64,000 nt of DNA from Octopus bimaculoides (lineage: Eukaryota). This document shows positions 1-11,830 of the stretch, piece by piece; the stretch's first letter is position 1, and each line of letters begins with the position of its first letter. The translations under genes and the position numbers were made by a program. The stretch spans positions 26,819,400-26,883,399 of the forward strand of contig NC_068994.1 in the NCBI RefSeq assembly GCF_001194135.2. Reading direction: 5' to 3'. The notes below the pieces were generated by a model. That model searched no databases. It saw only the letters and a list, made by a program, of their open reading frames with translations, and had not been told where the DNA came from.

Positions 1-760
1 AGATGTGAGTGGAGATGCAGTGGGATTGTTGTATACAGGTGAAGATTGTTGAGTGAGTAAAATAGTTGAGTAAGAGATGCTGGAGTGAGTGCAACATGTG
101 TAGTGGGTAAGATGAGTGAACGTTCAGCAGTATAGAGTGCTTGTGTGTGACATATGATGATAGTTGTGATAGATGAAGGACAATGAAGACCAGCAACTAT
201 TGAACTAGAAGAAGATGTGAGTGATAAAATTTGTCAATTAAAATCAACATCAGCTGAAGCAATTAGAATACATTATAGCAAGAAACAATATAAGCACAAT
301 GACAAATATTTCAAAATACAGTGACAACAACAAATACTTCAACAATAAAACTAAAAGAAGAGAAGTAAAGCTGCTATGGCACAAGATCTTGTGTAAATAG
401 TTAAATTACAAATCAGAACGACTCTTGTTAAAACAAGAGATGGTAATGCTGTGTTTGTTTAATGCTGCTATTGTTAGTTTAATTTTTTATCACTAAACAA
501 AGCAATGTTTTTGCCAAAATATTACTTTATTAGGTGCTTATTTTATCATATTTTCTCAATTATTGAATTATATTTTTATGTGTTATTTTTGTCTCATAGT
601 TCCATGGCAGATGCTAGAGTTTAATTGTTTCATGAGTGAGAGAAGACCATAATGGGGATTGGCAACAAACAGATGGTTATCAACACCATCCTTACTTCTT
701 TTATAAAAAAAGATCATGATGGTAATAACAATACTAATAATATTAATAATGATTAAAAAC

Positions 761-761
<1 letters not shown>

Positions 762-811
<50 letters not shown>

Positions 812-2663
812 TCTTTATTGGCCACCAGGACTGAACACAAAACATGCAGGGCAATACACAAACAAGGGACAGTGGGGTTAAACATGTAAATAGCAACAAA
901 AAAGAAACACAACAATTAACAAGGAGATTAAACCAACAATATACTTCCCAAATAGGGGAGAGTTCCACTGAGAGGTTGCCAAAGAAACCTCACACACTTT
1001 GGACATCCTAACATGAAAGGCACCTCGGGTAGGCACCCCTCTTCTCCTCATTCCATCCAGCCCATGGGCACATACTTAGAGTTGGCTCATTTTCACGGGC
1101 CATTCTTGCCACATTTACACACCTTTTAACAAACTTACTGGGTGACAGTACCTCCCTCTTCACCATGGATTTCGATGATAGCTGGATCTGTCCTACATGT
1201 GACTATAACTGTTTGACAAAGTTCCAAAAGTCAGCAATGCATGGACACTGTATGAGAGCATGCAGAGCAGTTTCATCACTCAGCATGCATCTTGGACAAG
1301 CCTGTCTGATTGCACACCCGTACCTGTAAAGCTTATCATGAACTAGCCGAGACCTCTGGTAGCATTGCCAGGCCAGGGATCCTGCAAGTTATCCATAGGC
1401 CCTGGTCCAAAAGTCCTCCAGAAGATCCCAGCCAGCTGATCCCTCCTAATGCCCAGAACCTTTCTGAGAACTTCATCACTCTTGCCCTCCATTAATCCTC
1501 TATAGAAGTCCAAGGTGGAACTTTCACCAACTGCATTGCCCAATTTGGTTGAGGGTTGTGAGTGCTTAGAGACGCTCTAGTTTCCAAGAGTCCTGCCGCA
1601 GTCTATGCCTGATCCAGGACTGTAGCTCTGTCAAGGAGACAAGCTGTGGTAAAGTCTGTCCAACAAAAGGTGACCACACCTGCTCACCATTATGGTACTT
1701 CTGGAGATGTTGCAACCTCAGCACATGTCTGCATATCATCAGTCACGGCATTCCCAGTCCTCTATTCAATGGGTGCTGACAGCAAATGGACTGTCTAACA
1801 AGCGGTACCTGTCCCTTCCACAAGAAGCAGGAGAGCAAGCGCACCAGCCTGTTCAGCCATGAAGTGGGGCAAGGAAAGACAGTCAGGTGGTAGTAAATGA
1901 CAGATGCGATATACACATTCACCACCTCCACCCAACCATTCAGGGACAGCTTCCTCTTGGCCCTTTTCTGGGTGAGACTGGCCACCCTGTCTGTCATCTC
2001 ACCTCAGTTCTTGTCCACTTGGAGGTTTGGACTGAACCAGACCCTGAGCAACTTAACTGGTCCTTCCATCCAGCACCTCACAACACTGTTGGTTGGCATG
2101 GCCCTGTCTCTCCAGGTGCTGAGCTGCAGGCCCACTGACTTCATCTGCTTAATCATTGCTCCTGTCACCACTTCATATTCCCTTAGGGTGATGTCGTCCA
2201 TATACACTAACATGAACCTTCCACATCTTAGTTCACATGGGATGTCTCTTGAAACATCTAGCTTCCACAGTCATGGCTTGAGTGCCAGCACATAGAGAAG
2301 AGAAGAGGTGAAAGTTATCATCCTTGATGGACTGATCATGTAATGCTAAATGATTCCAACAGGTAGCCATTTACTTTGACCATCAAACAGATGTCGCTGT
2401 ACATTTCAGTGATCCAACCTCTGAAAACGGGACTGAAACCAGCCACCTTAAGGACATCCTCCAAGTATTGATGGTCGACCCTATCGAAAGCTTTTGATTG
2501 ATCCAAGTTGATCAGGGCCCCACCCATGCGAGGTTCTTTACCAACCCTCTCTATGATGTATCACATAAGGTGGAGGTTGTCGTGGATAGATATGTTGGGA
2601 ATAGCACAAATCAGCGCATCACCTACCACTCTGTTAATGACAAGTGCCAGCCTCTTTGCTAAC
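762..2663 (-). mobile_element. 5'-truncated, decayed Tx1/L1-clade LINE (RT and C-terminal region) ending in AATAAA plus an (ATT)n tail
   Basis: Minus-strand peptides GALINLDQSKAFDRVDHQYL, LVYMDDITL and RKLSLNGWVEVVNVYIASVIYY are Tx1/L1 RT motifs, interrupted by stops and frameshifts. The 3' end reads gccAATAAAgaaagt(att)n at ~762-825. Confidence 0.85.
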
Positions 2664-2675
2664 ACTTTATTCTTT

Positions 2676-2935
2676 TATTTTTATTTTACTTATTTCAGTC
2701 ATTTGACTACGGCCATGCTGGAGCACTGCCTTTAGTCGATAAAATCGACCCCGGGACTTATTCTTTGTAAGCCTAGTACTTATTCTATAGGTCTCTTTTG
2801 CTGAACTGCTAAATGACGGAGACATAAACACACCAGCATCGGTTGTCAAGCAATGCTAGGGGGACAAACACGGACACACAAACATACACACACACATATA
2901 TATACATATATACGACAGGCTTCTTTCAGTTTCAC
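2676..2935 (-). mobile_element. SINE, 3' part
   Basis: Reverse complement of the body of the fuller SINE at 15790-16200 (gcatggccg/tagtcaaatgactgaaa...; ttgacaaccgatgctggtgtgtttatgtc). Confidence 0.85.
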
Positions 2936-3335
2936 TGTCCATGGGATCTGTGGTGCTTTTGGATTTGCTATCAATTTAGTCCTTGAAATTGTTACTTTTG
3001 TCAGTGAAAATTACATTTCTGTGACTTTTCCTGCTGTCACAAACTGGTTTGTTTTGCATTAGAATGTTATGCCCCGCCATGCCATTTTTCACTTGCGAAC
3101 ATGTAAACATTTCACAAATGCTAATATTTGGGCCTTGTGCCCAAATATTATTTAATTCTTTTTTCTGAGGGCAAAGACTATTGTTTTATGCTCCCTTTTA
3201 AACAATAATATCAATGAAAACAGTGGTTTTGATAACAAAACTACCTGTCAAGCTTCCACCGACGTTCTAGCCTTCCAGCTGGAAGTATATTAATAATAAT
3301 AATAAATAACAACAACAACAACAACAATGATGATG

Positions 3336-3369
<34 letters not shown>

Positions 3370-3455
3370 GGAAGGAAAAAATACTTTCTAATTGATGTAT
3401 CAATACCAGCAGATGACAACGTTTCCCTAAAAGAAATGGAGAAACTTTCAAAATA
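3370..3455 (+). mobile_element. Dong/R4-clade restriction-like endonuclease fragment next to (TAA)n
   Basis: Translates LIDVSIPADDNVSLKEMEKLSKYK, matching the R4-clade D..IP.D.N...KE.EK..KY motif. It directly follows the (TAA)n/(CAA)n tract at ~3290-3368. Confidence 0.7.
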
Positions 3456-4424
3456 CAAAGAAAATTCTAACTGGGCACCATCTGCAAGGTAAATATCATA
3501 TGGCCAGTGGGGAGTACAGGTAGAGTTTATGGGATACATGCAGACCTGATGAAGTCCCTTAAATATATACTTCTAGATGGTGAGGGAGCTGGGGTGATAA
3601 GCATGAGAGAGAGAGAGTGATAGAGGATCAGAGTGTTAGAGAGAGGGTCTGATAGGTCTTAGGGCATTTTTAATTATGTTGGAAGTATATATATATATAT
3701 ATATATCTTACATTGCCTCACAATGTCAACTTATTGATATTCAAAATAAACAATAAGTATAACCACATCAGTATCACGTGTGAAACAGCCATAGTTACTG
3801 TCCTTTCCTCTCTGATTCATAACTAAAATATGTTAAATGCTTACTATTATCTTTCTAAAGCATCTTTTCCATGTATCTTTTCAATGTAGAAACAAGTCTT
3901 TCACCTCTCAATTTCCTATCACCACCACCATTATCACCACCACCACCACCACCATCATCATGATCATTATCATTGTCATCATTTTCATCATCATCATCAT
4001 AATTATCATTGCATTTTCAATAATGATAAATGAATCGGAAATAATAATGTAGTGTGGAGCGGGGCAATGAATAATTTTTAATTCAATAATTGCTTTGTTG
4101 ATAATTGCATAATTAATACAGGGCTTGTCTAATATGATGACATCTTGATGGTGGTGGTGGCTGTGCTGGTAGTGATGATGAGGAAATGTAAATGGTAGAG
4201 TGATTTGGCAATAAAAGAATGAAGTGTTTGGTCAGGTAAGGTAATGGAGGAGATAGTATTGGTGGTAGTGAAGACATTTGGCAGAAGAATAAAGGTATTG
4301 GTAGGGGTGTTGATATGCATGTCATGGTTGCACATTATTGGAGTTTGAAGTAATGATGACGGTGTTGGTATTAGCAATGATGATGGTGATGTAATGCTAT
4401 TAATGCAATATTAAGATATTTTAC

Positions 4425-4451
4425 CTTCATAGCTTCATTCTTTGCTGCCAT
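4425..4451 (-). CDS. candidate 27-nt microexon (MAAKNEAMK)
   Basis: Minus strand ttcatttgtttcag|ATGGCAGCAAAGAATGAAGCTATGAAG|gtaaaa. Only one of the three frames is open. Based on splice signals only. Confidence 0.25.
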
Positions 4452-4854
4452 CTGAAACAAATGAACATTTTTATATTGTTTCATTACTCTTTTATTGGTT
4501 CTTAGTCTTTGACTGTGACCATGCTGGGGCATCATTTGCAAGTATATTTACTCAATTATATTGACCCCAGTACTTAATTTAGTTTTGTCTTGTCTTGGTT
4601 TATCTTGAGTCACATCTCATTTAGAAAGTTATTTCCGCTCATGGAGAAAATATCTCAAAGAATTTACGATGACTTACACCAACATATATAACACAAAAAT
4701 GTGGGATGGGAGAATGATAACAGAACACACAAAAGAAATGGACACACTACATACATACCTATATCTATCTATGTATCTGTACATCTGTCTGTTAGTCTGT
4801 TTATCTATTTATCTAGTTATAGATAGATATTGTAGTGTGTGGTTTGAAGCCCAA

Positions 4855-5000
4855 TACCATGCCATATACAATCAAGTGGAAAATTGTAGAAAAATCCATG
4901 CCATCTAAGAAATGCAATTTATGTGTAGCTGAATTACAAATATGCTGAATTCCAGATCTGAAATTTTCAGCAAATGCAAACATATGGACAAATTGCTTTT
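4855..5000 (+). mobile_element. Penelope-like element, decayed C-terminal (GIY-YIG end) fragment
   Basis: Frameshifted peptide IKWKIVEK..KKCNLC..E..LNSRSEIFSKCKHMDKLLL resembles the PLE C-terminal CNLC..EK..I...LLN.RSE..SKC.H motif. Confidence 0.6.
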
Positions 5001-5161
5001 GGTGAATTGAAGTACACCACCCTCTCCTGATTGAACAGCTGTATCACAAACTTTGGACCCCTCTGCATTGATTCATTCAGAAGTTTGGGCTTCCAACCAA
5101 GCCTTTTGCAATACCCTTAAAGTCTGAAACTTTTCAGCACTTCCTTGTATGTATATATACA

Positions 5162-6724
5162 CAGACATGACAGAAGTAAATAAGCACCCATAAAATATCA
5201 TTTTATGTTTATTCTAACATGTAAAAGTTTATGTTTTTTATTAATTGACATTTTTATGTTTCAGGTTCTATATGTGACTGTTTAATCATGCCATGTACAA
5301 AGGAAGCCTTGGAACTGTCTGAATTTCAAAGAGGTCATATTGTGGATCATTCTGAAGGTGGTCATAGCATAAAATTGCAGAAAACCTTGGGATCCTGCAA
5401 TTCACCAGAGAGGGGAAGAAGTCCACATCACCTCACCCAGATCAACCAGGGCCCTCTGACAGGACCCTTTTTTTTGCTAAGAGAAGTGTGGAAGATAATC
5501 CTCATTTCAAGGCTTCTGACATAGCAGAATAAGTTAATGTCAGTCCCAGAATAGTTGTCAGGTATCTCCACAAACTTGGTTACTATGGCAGAGCAGCAAG
5601 AAGGAGGCCACTTCTACCAGCCAACATGAAGTGAAGGAGAAATTGGGCCAGTGAGATGGTAGAGAGGCCACTAGCATTTTGGAACACTATTATATTCTCT
5701 GATGAGTCTAGATTTGCTGTATTTTCTGACAGTGGTCAAGTGTGGGTCTGAAGATTCTGTGATCAAGAATTTGACATGAAAGGATTGCAGCCAACAATGA
5801 AACACTGCAGCCATTCTGTGATGGTCTAGGGAGTAATTTGGAGCAATGGTTGATCAGAGCTGGTGGAGTGTGAGGGAAACATAAACTCAGATAAATATGT
5901 TGCAGAAAGAACTTCCAATCTTCTCCAGTGGTGAAATGATTAAAGAAGACTATTTATTTGGAAGATGGGGCTCCTTGTCACATGGCTAAAACAACCCAAA
6001 ATTTAATGCTTATTCTCATCTAACAGATGATAATGGCATTAAAAAGCATCCATGGCCAAGCCAGTCACCAGATATGATCCCTATTGAACACCTCTGGGAC
6101 ATAATGGACAGGACACTTCATAAAAAGAACAAGAAAGCATCTTCAAAGCCAGATCTTTTAAGATTACTGCATGAAACTTGGCAAGAAATTCCACAAGAGA
6201 ATATTCTTCAAATGATCAGTAACATGCCTAATAGGGTCCTTGCATTGAAAAATCCAAGGGACATGTCTACTAAATATTAAATATTCACATTATAACAATT
6301 AATTAATAATTTGAATGTATAATTTCAGATTTCAATAAATGATGATTATCATCATCATCATCATCGTCGTTTAACGTCTGCTTTCCATGCTAGCATGGGT
6401 TGGACGATTTGACTAAGGACTGGTGAAACCAGATGGCTACACCAGGCTCCAATCTGATTTGGCAGAGTTTCTACAGCTGGATGCCCTTCCTAACGCCGAC
6501 CACTCAGAGAGTGTAGTGGGTGCTTTTATGTGCTACCGGCATGAAGGCCAGTCAGGCGGTACTGGCAACGGCCATGCTCAAAATGGTGTATTTTATGTGC
6601 CACCCACCCAAGAGCCAGTCCAGGGGCACTGGCAACGATCTCACTCAAAAATCCTACGAAGGCCAGTCAGGTGGTACTGGCAACGGCCACGCTCAAAATG
6701 GTCTCTATTTACTTCTGTCACGTC

Positions 6725-6726
<2 letters not shown>
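5162..6726 (+). mobile_element. decayed Tc1-family DNA transposon (transposase remnant 5288-6280)
   Basis: Peptides ELSEFQRGHIV, FSDESRF and QSPDMIPIEHLWD. TIR 5163-5182 (agacatgacagaagtaaata) matches 6706-6725 (tatttacttctgtcacgtct) in reverse complement with 1 mismatch. Flanks are TA-rich. Confidence 0.9.
6345..6705 (-). mobile_element. RTE LINE 3'-UTR fragment (or RTE-tailed SINE) nested in the Tc1 element
   Basis: Reverse complement of the 3' UTR of the RTE at 7551-9352, including the (GAT)n tail and three GCCAGT-N8-ACTGGC units. Confidence 0.85.
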
Positions 6727-6782
<56 letters not shown>

Positions 6783-6881
6783 CATATATATACAAACATA
6801 CATACACACTCACACTCACACATACACAAACATATGTAAAGTAAAGGTGAATGAAAGTAAGGAAAAGTAGAAGTAATTAAT

Positions 6882-6978
6882 GTCTTACAGCTGTTTCTGG
6901 AATATCCAAATATTGGATCAATATGTTTCAGTATGTTGATCAATATCCCCATACACTGGGTATTCCGCCTTCAGAGAC
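6882..6978 (-). ncRNA. type I hammerhead ribozyme motif with core variant (A9>G), Penelope-tail type
   Basis: Minus strand GTCT-CTGAAGG-CGGAATACCC...GGATATTCCA-GAAAC-AGCT-GTA-AGAC. Stem I GTCT/AGAC, stem II GGAATA/TATTCC, palindromic stem III ACAGCTGT, GUA cleavage triplet. Confidence 0.7.
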
Positions 6979-7550
6979 AAGATGTGTGTACAAGAAAGTT
7001 CTAGACAGAAAATTTAAAGTGTTTAGAAGTATAAAGTTCATAGTTATAGGCGCAGAGGGCATTTTAAAGCTATCAAGGGTAATTAAAAGGAGGCAGGGAG
7101 ATGGCCAAATAGATAGATGAGTGTGATCAGAAGGAATATTTAACTGTGATTCAGTGGCCAGTAATGAGAGCTAAAATGTTAGAAGTGGATGCCCAACGTT
7201 GGGAAAGGGGGCATTACAATTTAAAGTTTATTTTAAAAAATTAAACATTAAGATTAAAAAATAATATATACATGTACATACATTTTTTTGTGTACTCATA
7301 TATATATGCATCTCTACATCTTTACCTCCATTTGTTGCAGTTTTTGTGCAATAAAAAATGTGCATATGTACGACTAGCTGTCTGTATAGACATATACAAT
7401 GCTGTTTTTGCTTTTAGTATAAATTGTCTGTGGGAAGAAACCAGTTTAAATAATGTCTATGACAACATTCTTATTCTAAATCCAAGTTGTATCTTTCCGT
7501 TTTTCCCTACAAAAGCTGTGTTTTATTCATTTTATATATGTACATATTTT

Positions 7551-9352
7551 GTGAGAGCTGTGTGAGCCATGTACAGGGACGTTGTCAGTAAGGTGAGGGT
7601 TGGCAACGAGTACAGTGAAGAATTCCAGGTAGAGGTAGGGGTCCACCAAGGTTCAGTCCTCAGCCCCCTCTTATTTATCATAGTCCTCCAGGCAATAACA
7701 GAGGAATTCAAGACAGGATGCCACTGGGAGCTCCTCTATGCTGATGACCTTGCACTAATTGTTGAGTCACTATCAGACCTAGAGGAGAAGTTTCAGATGT
7801 GGAAGCAAGGATTAGAATCGAAGGGCCTTAGAGTCAACCTAGCTAAAACCAAAATCCTAATAAGTAGGAAAGCAGACAAACCACAAACCCCTTCAGGTAG
7901 ATGGTCCTGCTCAATCTGTAGAAAAAATGTAGGTAGAAACTCTATAAGATGTACCCAGTGTAAGCTATGGACACATAAGAGGTGCAGCAATATCAAAGGA
8001 AGGCCAACTAGGAAGATAGTTTTTGTATGTGGCAGATGTTCAGGAACAATAAACACTGAAAATGTGCAGAAAACAACTTTTGCCACATTCCAGGGAGAAA
8101 AACTAGAAGTAGTTGATAGCTTCCATTATCTAGGTGATAGCGGGGGAGGGTGCGCTGAAAATGTAGCTGCTAGAATAAGAATAGCGTGGGCAAAGTTCAG
8201 AAAGCTCTTACCTCTGCTGGTGACAAAGAGCCTCTCGCTCAGAGTAAAAGGCAGACTGTATGACACATGTGTATGAACAGCCATGCTATATGGCAGTGAA
8301 ACATGGGCCATGGNNNNNNNNNNACATGTGTACGAACAGCCATGCTATATGGCAGTGAAACATGGGCCATGGCTGCTGAGGACATGTGTAAGCTCACAAG
8401 GAATGAAGCCAGTATGCTCCAATGGATGTGTAATGTCAGTGTGCATACTCCTCGATAGACTGTAAGTACCTTGAGAGAAAAGTTGGACCTAAGATGCATC
8501 AGTTGTGGTGTGCAAGAGAGACGATTGCACTGGTATGGTCATGTGGCGAGAATGGATGAGGATAGCTGTGTGAAAAAGTGTCACACCCTAGTGGTTGAGG
8601 AAACCTGTGGAAGAGGTAGACCAGGAAGACTTGGGATGAGGTGGTGAAGCACGACTTTTGAACATTAGGCCTCACCGAGGCAATGACTAGTGACCGAGAC
8701 CTTTGGAAATATACTGTGCGTGAGAAGACCCGGCAAGCCAAGTGAGACCATAACCCGTGGCCTTTGCTAGGGGTGTAACTAGCCCATTTATGCATACCTT
8801 TTCTTCATTGGATACTAAACTCTGCTTGCGAAGACTTGTTGAGGCAAGTGAAATTGAAATCGAACCAAATTCGATGGCTGGCACCCGTGCTAGTGGAGCG
8901 CTAACAGTACCATCCAAGCATGATCATTGCCAGAGCAGCTGTCTGGCTTCCGCACTGGTGGCACGTAAAAAGCACTATTTGAGCATGATCGTTACCAGTG
9001 TCGCCTTACTGGCACTTGTGCCGGTGGCATTTGAAAAAAACATTCAAGTGAGCTTGTTGTCAGTGCTGCTGGACTGGCTCCTGTGCAGGTGGCACGTAAA
9101 ATCACTATTTGAGCATGGCCGTTGCCAGTACCGCCTGACTGGCCCTCATACCAGTGGCACATAAAAGCACCCACTACACTCTTGGAGTGGTTGGTGTTAG
9201 GAAGGGCACCCAGCTGTAGAAACTCTGCCAGATCAGATTGGGGCCTGGTGCAGCCATCTGGTTTGCTAGTCTTCAGTCAAATCATCCAACTCATGCTTGC
9301 ATGGAAAGCAGATGTTAAACGATGATGATGATGATGATGATGATGTTGATGA
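7551..9352 (+). mobile_element. 5'-truncated RTE LINE: RT (ORF 7569-8276) with internal PHD-type finger, thumb region, repeat-rich 3' UTR and (GAT)n tail
   Basis: GVHQGSVLSPLLF, LLYADD, MLYGSETW. The 3' end is gcatggaaagcagatgttaaac(gat)n. Confidence 0.92.
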
Positions 9353-9361
9353 TGTATGCAA

Positions 9362-9900
9362 TGACGATTGCATTAGAAAGAAAGTGGTTGAGTTTGTTTG
9401 CCTTATCTGATTTTACAAATATATTTGGGCTTGTTTTAATGTGGTTGATTTTCTGTTTCAGCGTCTTTTCCAGTTTGTTGTTTTGCTTGTTGAAGTTTAT
9501 TCTGTTGATCATTATAATTAGGTAATCTTCGAAGGGTTGTAACAATGGGTTAGGTGGCGGACATTTAGCTGTCTTAAATTCATAATTGTTGGGGAACTGT
9601 TCTTCCTTTTGGTCATTTCCATAATGGTAAATTTTCCATCTGTGACTTTGATAAAGTTTTTTGTTTTTTGTAGTAATACTTTTTGGTAGATTTTGGTAGG
9701 TTTTTTAGGTAATAGTTTTTGATAGGTTTTGACATGTTTTTTTTTTATAGAGAAGTGTATTGGGTGGTGCTGCAACTTTTCCTGTTTTTCAGTTAATGTT
9801 ATGAAAGCACTCATGTCAGAACAGAGCTATTATATTGTTTGTCTTTATGCTTAGGTTTAATAAAAGCAATTTTATATTACTTTCTTGTATATCTATCATA
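9362..9900 (-). mobile_element. Penelope-like element, decayed N-terminal ORF fragment
   Basis: Peptide FEDYLIIMINRINF...IKTSPNIFVKSDKANK resembles the PLE F..DL...I..I.F...I.V.ADK motif. Confidence 0.6.
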
Positions 9901-10291
9901 TATCTGTTGTTGTATGCCTGTAGATTGTTGTTGTTGAATGTCGTTATTATTGTATTAGTCAGTCACTTACACAATATCTAAATTATTCCAGCAAATAAAG
10001 GCAATAACTATACATATTTCAGCTTTATTATGATCTCATTAGAAAAATATAGACATTACCATACTTACTAAAATAGTTATGTGAAAATTTGAAAATTTCT
10101 TAGTAAATAGTCAAGCCTCTTAACATTGGAAAGCAGTATAGTTTAGAGAATAAGTTACTCAGTGTCACCATCTGCGTGGAAAAAAAATCTATGCTTAAGT
10201 GTTAATATATTTCGTGTAGGAAAAACAAAATCTATAGAAAATAAAACCCAAAATTTATAATTGCTAAATTTCATTTTTATTTTATTTCCAG

Positions 10292-10356
10292 GTGATATTC
10301 GTTCTTACTCGTGATCATGATCCTTCTGGACAAGTAGTGGAGAGCTCACTTTGGCA
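10292..10356 (+). CDS. candidate 65-nt host-gene exon (VIFVLTRDHDPSGQVVESSLW), product unidentified
   Basis: Strong acceptor tttcatttttattttatttccag|GTG and strong donor GCA|gtaagta. Only frame 0 is open. The segment is non-repetitive and more GC-rich than its flanks. Confidence 0.5.
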
Positions 10357-10904
10357 GTAAGTATACATTTAAAAATATATTTGGCAAATCCCAGTCTTTC
10401 CTCTTATAAATCTCATCCCACTGAAATTCTCTCTTTGCCCTGTGTATTTTTTCTTTTTTCTGCAGCCACCAATTTGCAGCTATTCAAGAAGAATCTTGAC
10501 TGGGTCAGTGTCACAGATATTGTGGCAAACTCTCTTGTTGTAAATGACAGACACAACTTCTTGCTGAACAACATGCACAGATAATTTGTTTGTAGTGATC
10601 AAATGTTTGTACTGTACATTTGCTCATTCTTTCCACCAAATTGATGTTGTCTGTACAGGTGCTCAGTGTGTTACATGTCAGATGTCAAATTGATTGCAGA
10701 ATAACATGAAATGAAGTATTTTGCTCAAAGCATGTAATGCATCACCCAGTCCAGGAGTCAAAACCATGATCTTATGATCATGTGACACCCTAACTACTAG
10801 GCCATGCACCTTTACCACAGATATTGTAGAGGCCCACAAAAGCTATTATCACAACCCCTTCTTTCAGCTTAAACTATTAGAATAGAATTAAGATGTACAG
10901 AAAT

Positions 10905-11830
10905 GTCTATTCAAAATCTGTTTATGGCTTTATACTTTTGGAATGTGTAACAAATGGTTTTAGAGCATACATAGAGAAGCAGAGAGAAGAGAACTTCATT
11001 TGATCTGATGTAGTCAACAAGGACAGATGAAGAGATGGGAAGAACATGTTGTTGAGAGGAAAATACGTTGGGATGAGATATGGAAGTGGACGACATTTCG
11101 GCTAAGTTTTCTGATTCGTTCATCCTATGATGTTTTGCCATCACCTACGAATCTAGTAAGATGGAACATCTCAGAGAATGGCATATGCAAATGCGGAAAG
11201 GTCGGAACACTGAAAGGTTATCTTGAATGCTATGAAGAACCAAATTCATCTCAACCGTTGAAAGTACCATCTAGAGATTTTATTACCTTCATGCACTCAG
11301 GTCAATGGATCCGTTTCAAGAAGCAGAACAAGAAACTTCCTGTGAGAGATAAAAAGTGGAACGGCTATAGGGAAGTGACTGCAGATTTACCTGGGTGCCA
11401 GGTATTCTTTCCCATCCCAGTTACGGAAAAAACGGACATTTTAATGTGGTGTGAAAGAAGGAAAATTGTAAATCTAGTCCAGTTAACAGTTCCTCATGAA
11501 GATAACATGGACACTGTGTGGGCTTGAAAGATTGACCATTATGTAAACCTTCTCAAGAAATGTGAAGACAGGCTGGAAAGCGGAGCATTTTCCAATTGAA
11601 GTTGGATGTAGAGGGTTTGTTGGACACAGTGTGTGATGACTGCTGTTATCGTTAGGCCTAACTCATCGTAAGGTAAATACCACCATGAGTGATATCCAAA
11701 CTACAGTGGAGAAGGCTAGCCACTGGATTTGGTTAAAAAGAGACGATGAGCGATGGCTAGAGAAATATTGAGCTTTGTTTTTAATAACCAGTTGATCTAG
11801 CAAGCGGGGCATCATATCAGTGAGGGGGGA
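10905..11830 (+). mobile_element. HERO/NeSL-like non-LTR retrotransposon (restriction-like endonuclease), 3' fragment
   Basis: RLSFLIRSSYDVLPSPTNLVRW, CKCGKVGTL and TDILMW...VQLTVPHEDNM match HERO-type C-terminal motifs. Decayed. Confidence 0.75.

Noticed and set aside
1-270. Two long open frames on the minus strand running off the window edge
   Set aside because: C/A/T-rich low-complexity sequence keeps several frames open by composition; there is no motif or clear splice site.
3540-3600. CTGATGA followed by GTCCC…GGGA as a possible hammerhead
   Set aside because: No GAAA or NUH at a compatible position.
8270-8373. Apparent ~50-bp tandem duplication in the RTE ORF (similar cases at 55007-55079 and 57965-58050)
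   Set aside because: Each duplication flanks a 10-N gap (8314-8323, 55037-55046, 58003-58012), typical of unmerged contig overlaps.
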